Positions 62,281 through 64,000 of a stretch of 64,000 nucleotides of DNA are shown here, piece after piece. How positions within the stretch are numbered: the stretch's first letter is position 1; every line of letters starts with the position of its first letter. The stretch spans positions 2,402-66,401 of the forward strand of contig JACRHP010000053.1 of the NCBI GenBank assembly GCA_016212005.1, read 5' to 3'. The notes below the pieces were generated by a model that made no database searches, had not been told where the DNA came from, and saw only the letters and a program-made list of their open reading frames with translations. This stretch comes from Candidatus Omnitrophota bacterium. Its GTDB lineage: Bacteria > Omnitrophota > Gorgyraeia > Zapsychrales > Zapsychraceae. A program made the position numbers and the translations under genes.

Positions 62281-63297
62281 ATGAAAGAGTCATCATTCCT
62301 CCAGGCCTTCCAGGGCACCAACAAGCAGATCCCCGTCTGGTTCATGCGCCAGGCCGGGCGGTATCTTCCCGAATATCAGGCCCTGAAGAAAAAGCATTCC
62401 CTGCAGAAAATGTTTGACACGCCGGAGTTGGCCGCGGAAATCACCTGTCTTCCTGTCGATATTTTGGGCGTCGACGCCGCGATTTTATTCGCCGATATCC
62501 TGACGCTGCCCAAACAAATGGGCTTTGATATCCGCTTTGATGACCGCCACGGGCCGGTCATCGGGGGTACGGTCGCCGGCGACCTGCACCACCGTGAAGA
62601 CATCCATGACGCGGACGATTTTTCCGGCCTGACGAAAACGATCCGTTTGGTCAACGAACAGCTTGACGGCCGGGTCCCCTTGATCGGCTTTGCCGGATCG
62701 CCTTTTACGGTGTTGACGTATTTGATCGAAGGCGGTTCCTCCGTCAACTTCACCCGGACGTTCCGGTTCATCAACGAACATCCCGTGCATTTTCAGGCGT
62801 GGATGGAATTGTTGACGCAAAACACGGTCCGTTACCTGACCGCGCAGAAAGAGGCGGGCATCAAGGCCTTTCAACTGTTCGACAGCTGGGCGGGGATCCT
62901 GCGGCCGGCGGATTTCGCCCGCTGGGTTTTGCCTTTCGCGCGCCGGATCTTCGCGGAGGTCGATCTGCCGTCGATCTATTTTGTGCGCAACTGCGCGCAT
63001 CTGCTGGCGCTGATGGACCAATCGGAAGCCGATTTCTTATCCGTCGACCACACGGTTGTCCTCGGGCACCACACGGTCATCGAGAAAACGAAAAAAGGCA
63101 TTCAGGGGAATCTGTTCAACGGCCTTTTGTACGCGGACGACGCCACGCTAGCCAGGGAAGTGCGCGATGTTTTAGTCGGCGGCGTCAAACACGGCCGGTA
63201 CATCTTCAATCTAAGCCACGGCGTTTTCCCCGATACGGACCCCGACAAGCTCAAGTTCATCGTGGAGCAGGTGCATTCGTTTAAGAAGAAAACTTAA
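62281..63297 (+). CDS. hemE: Uroporphyrinogen decarboxylase
   Basis: PVWFMRQAGRYLPEY signature, FADILT and FDSWAG. Confidence 0.9.
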   Translation: MKESSFLQAFQGTNKQIPVWFMRQAGRYLPEYQALKKKHSLQKMFDTPELAAEITCLPVDILGVDAAILFADILTLPKQMGFDIRFDDRHGPVIGGTVAGDLHHREDIHDADDFSGLTKTIRLVNEQLDGRVPLIGFAGSPFTVLTYLIEGGSSVNFTRTFRFINEHPVHFQAWMELLTQNTVRYLTAQKEAGIKAFQLFDSWAGILRPADFARWVLPFARRIFAEVDLPSIYFVRNCAHLLALMDQSEADFLSVDHTVVLGHHTVIEKTKKGIQGNLFNGLLYADDATLAREVRDVLVGGVKHGRYIFNLSHGVFPDTDPDKLKFIVEQVHSFKKKT

Positions 63298-63298
63298 T

Positions 63299-63372
63299 CG
63301 TATTTCGTATCTCGTATCTCGTATTTCGCTGGAAGGCGACACGAGCGACGAGATACGAGCGACGAGATACGA
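63299..63372. repeat. Intergenic modular palindrome, CGAGATA heptamer type
   Basis: Left arm is cgtattt-cgtatct-cgtatct-cgtattt-cg. Right arm is acgagcg-acgagat-acgagcg-acgagat-acga, followed by aggttATG. Confidence 0.8.
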
Positions 63373-63377
63373 AGGTT

Positions 63378-64000
63378 ATGTCTAAGAACATTCATATTGT
63401 CGGCGCCGGGATCAGCGGTCTGGCAACGCTCCATTATCTTAAGAAAAAATACGCCGCGCGGCCTGACGTCGCCATATCCCTTCTGGAGCAAAGCTCCGCA
63501 CCCGGCGGGACGATCCAGTCAGTCGTCCGCGGTAATTGTCTTTTCGAGACCGGCCCCAACGGGTTTCTCGATTCAAAACCGCGCACGCTGGAGCTTGTCG
63601 CCGATCTTGGCCTCGCCGGCGAGCTGGTCAAGGCCGGCCGCGGCGTCCAGACCCGCTACCTTTGTTTAAATAACACTTTGCATCCTTTCCCGATGAGCCC
63701 GGGCGGTTTCTTCGGCTTCCGCCCGATGCGCCTGCGCGAGAAATTGCGTGTTTTCGCGGAGCCCTTTGTGGCGCGCGGCACGGACCCCGGGGAGAGCGTT
63801 TATGATTTCGGCGCGCGGCGGCTGGGGAAACGGTTTGCCGAATTTTTTCTGGATCCGATGGTCAGCGGTATTTACGGCGGGGACGCGCGCGCGACGGTCC
63901 TCAAGGCTGCCTTCGGCCGGATCCATGAGATGGAACAGCAATACGGGTCATTGTTCAAAGCCATGATAAAATTGCGCAAGGGAGGAATGCCGAAGGGGAC
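63378..64000 (+). CDS. hemY: Protoporphyrinogen/coproporphyrinogen oxidase (HemY-type FAD oxidase), 5' part; continues beyond the window
   Basis: My own translation from ATG 63378 reads MSKNIHIVGAGISGLATLHYL...LLEQSSAPGGTIQS...FETGPNGF...FLDPMVSGIYGGD. The frame is open to the window end. Confidence 0.8.
   Translation, partial: MSKNIHIVGAGISGLATLHYLKKKYAARPDVAISLLEQSSAPGGTIQSVVRGNCLFETGPNGFLDSKPRTLELVADLGLAGELVKAGRGVQTRYLCLNNTLHPFPMSPGGFFGFRPMRLREKLRVFAEPFVARGTDPGESVYDFGARRLGKRFAEFFLDPMVSGIYGGDARATVLKAAFGRIHEMEQQYGSLFKAMIKLRKGGMPKG

Overview
This is a gene-dense, mostly plus-strand chromosomal window from a diderm bacterium. It looks moderately GC-rich with GC-rich third codon positions; lineage cannot be assigned without a search. 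All calls come from reading the ORF translations and the DNA; no searches were run. Order of content: (1) zinc-ribbon/rnhA/rnpB, yebC, ruvCA and scpB; (2) an aromatic amino-acid cluster (pheA-hisC-aroF-tyrA), then cmk, lepA-lepB and pgsA-plsY; (3) a minus-strand block with a GAF histidine kinase and pntAA/pntAB/pntB; (4) an adrenodoxin-reductase-like flavoprotein; (5) two porin + small PstS-like binding-protein pairs followed by a chemotaxis operon (mcp-cheV-pilZ-cheW-cheR-cheA-cheD-cheC-cheY); (6) a sulfite/nitrite-reductase-like gene divergent from moeB/thiF; (7) assorted genes (DUF2237, dienelactone hydrolase, cspA, tag, an AmmeMemoRadiSam-type radical SAM enzyme); (8) a low-GC patch with vapBC and a decayed comM/yifB remnant; (9) sodC, an isochorismatase, acs-cobB, a PEBP protein, a PQQ sugar dehydrogenase, sdhCAB and ridA; (10) the most interesting locus, 50277-60392; (11) hemN-pilZ-hemE-hemY. 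The 50277-60392 locus encodes a membrane-anchored ferredoxin/FAD oxidoreductase, a secreted Sel1+ankyrin protein, a His-rich polytopic membrane protein, a 23-heme and a 24-heme c-type cytochrome, and a TPR + beta-barrel outer-membrane protein. I read it as a candidate, apparently undescribed, trans-envelope electron-transfer system. A second window-wide signal is a set of at least ten intergenic palindromes. Each arm is a tandem array of 7-8-nt units, and most of them exactly fill the gap between one gene's stop codon and the next gene's ribosome-binding site. Other points worth checking: a 330-nt highly structured insert inside the pnt operon, a tag gene that needs a -1 shift at a GGGAAAA heptamer, an rnhA/rnpB overlap, and PilZ genes embedded in both the che and the heme-biosynthesis operons.
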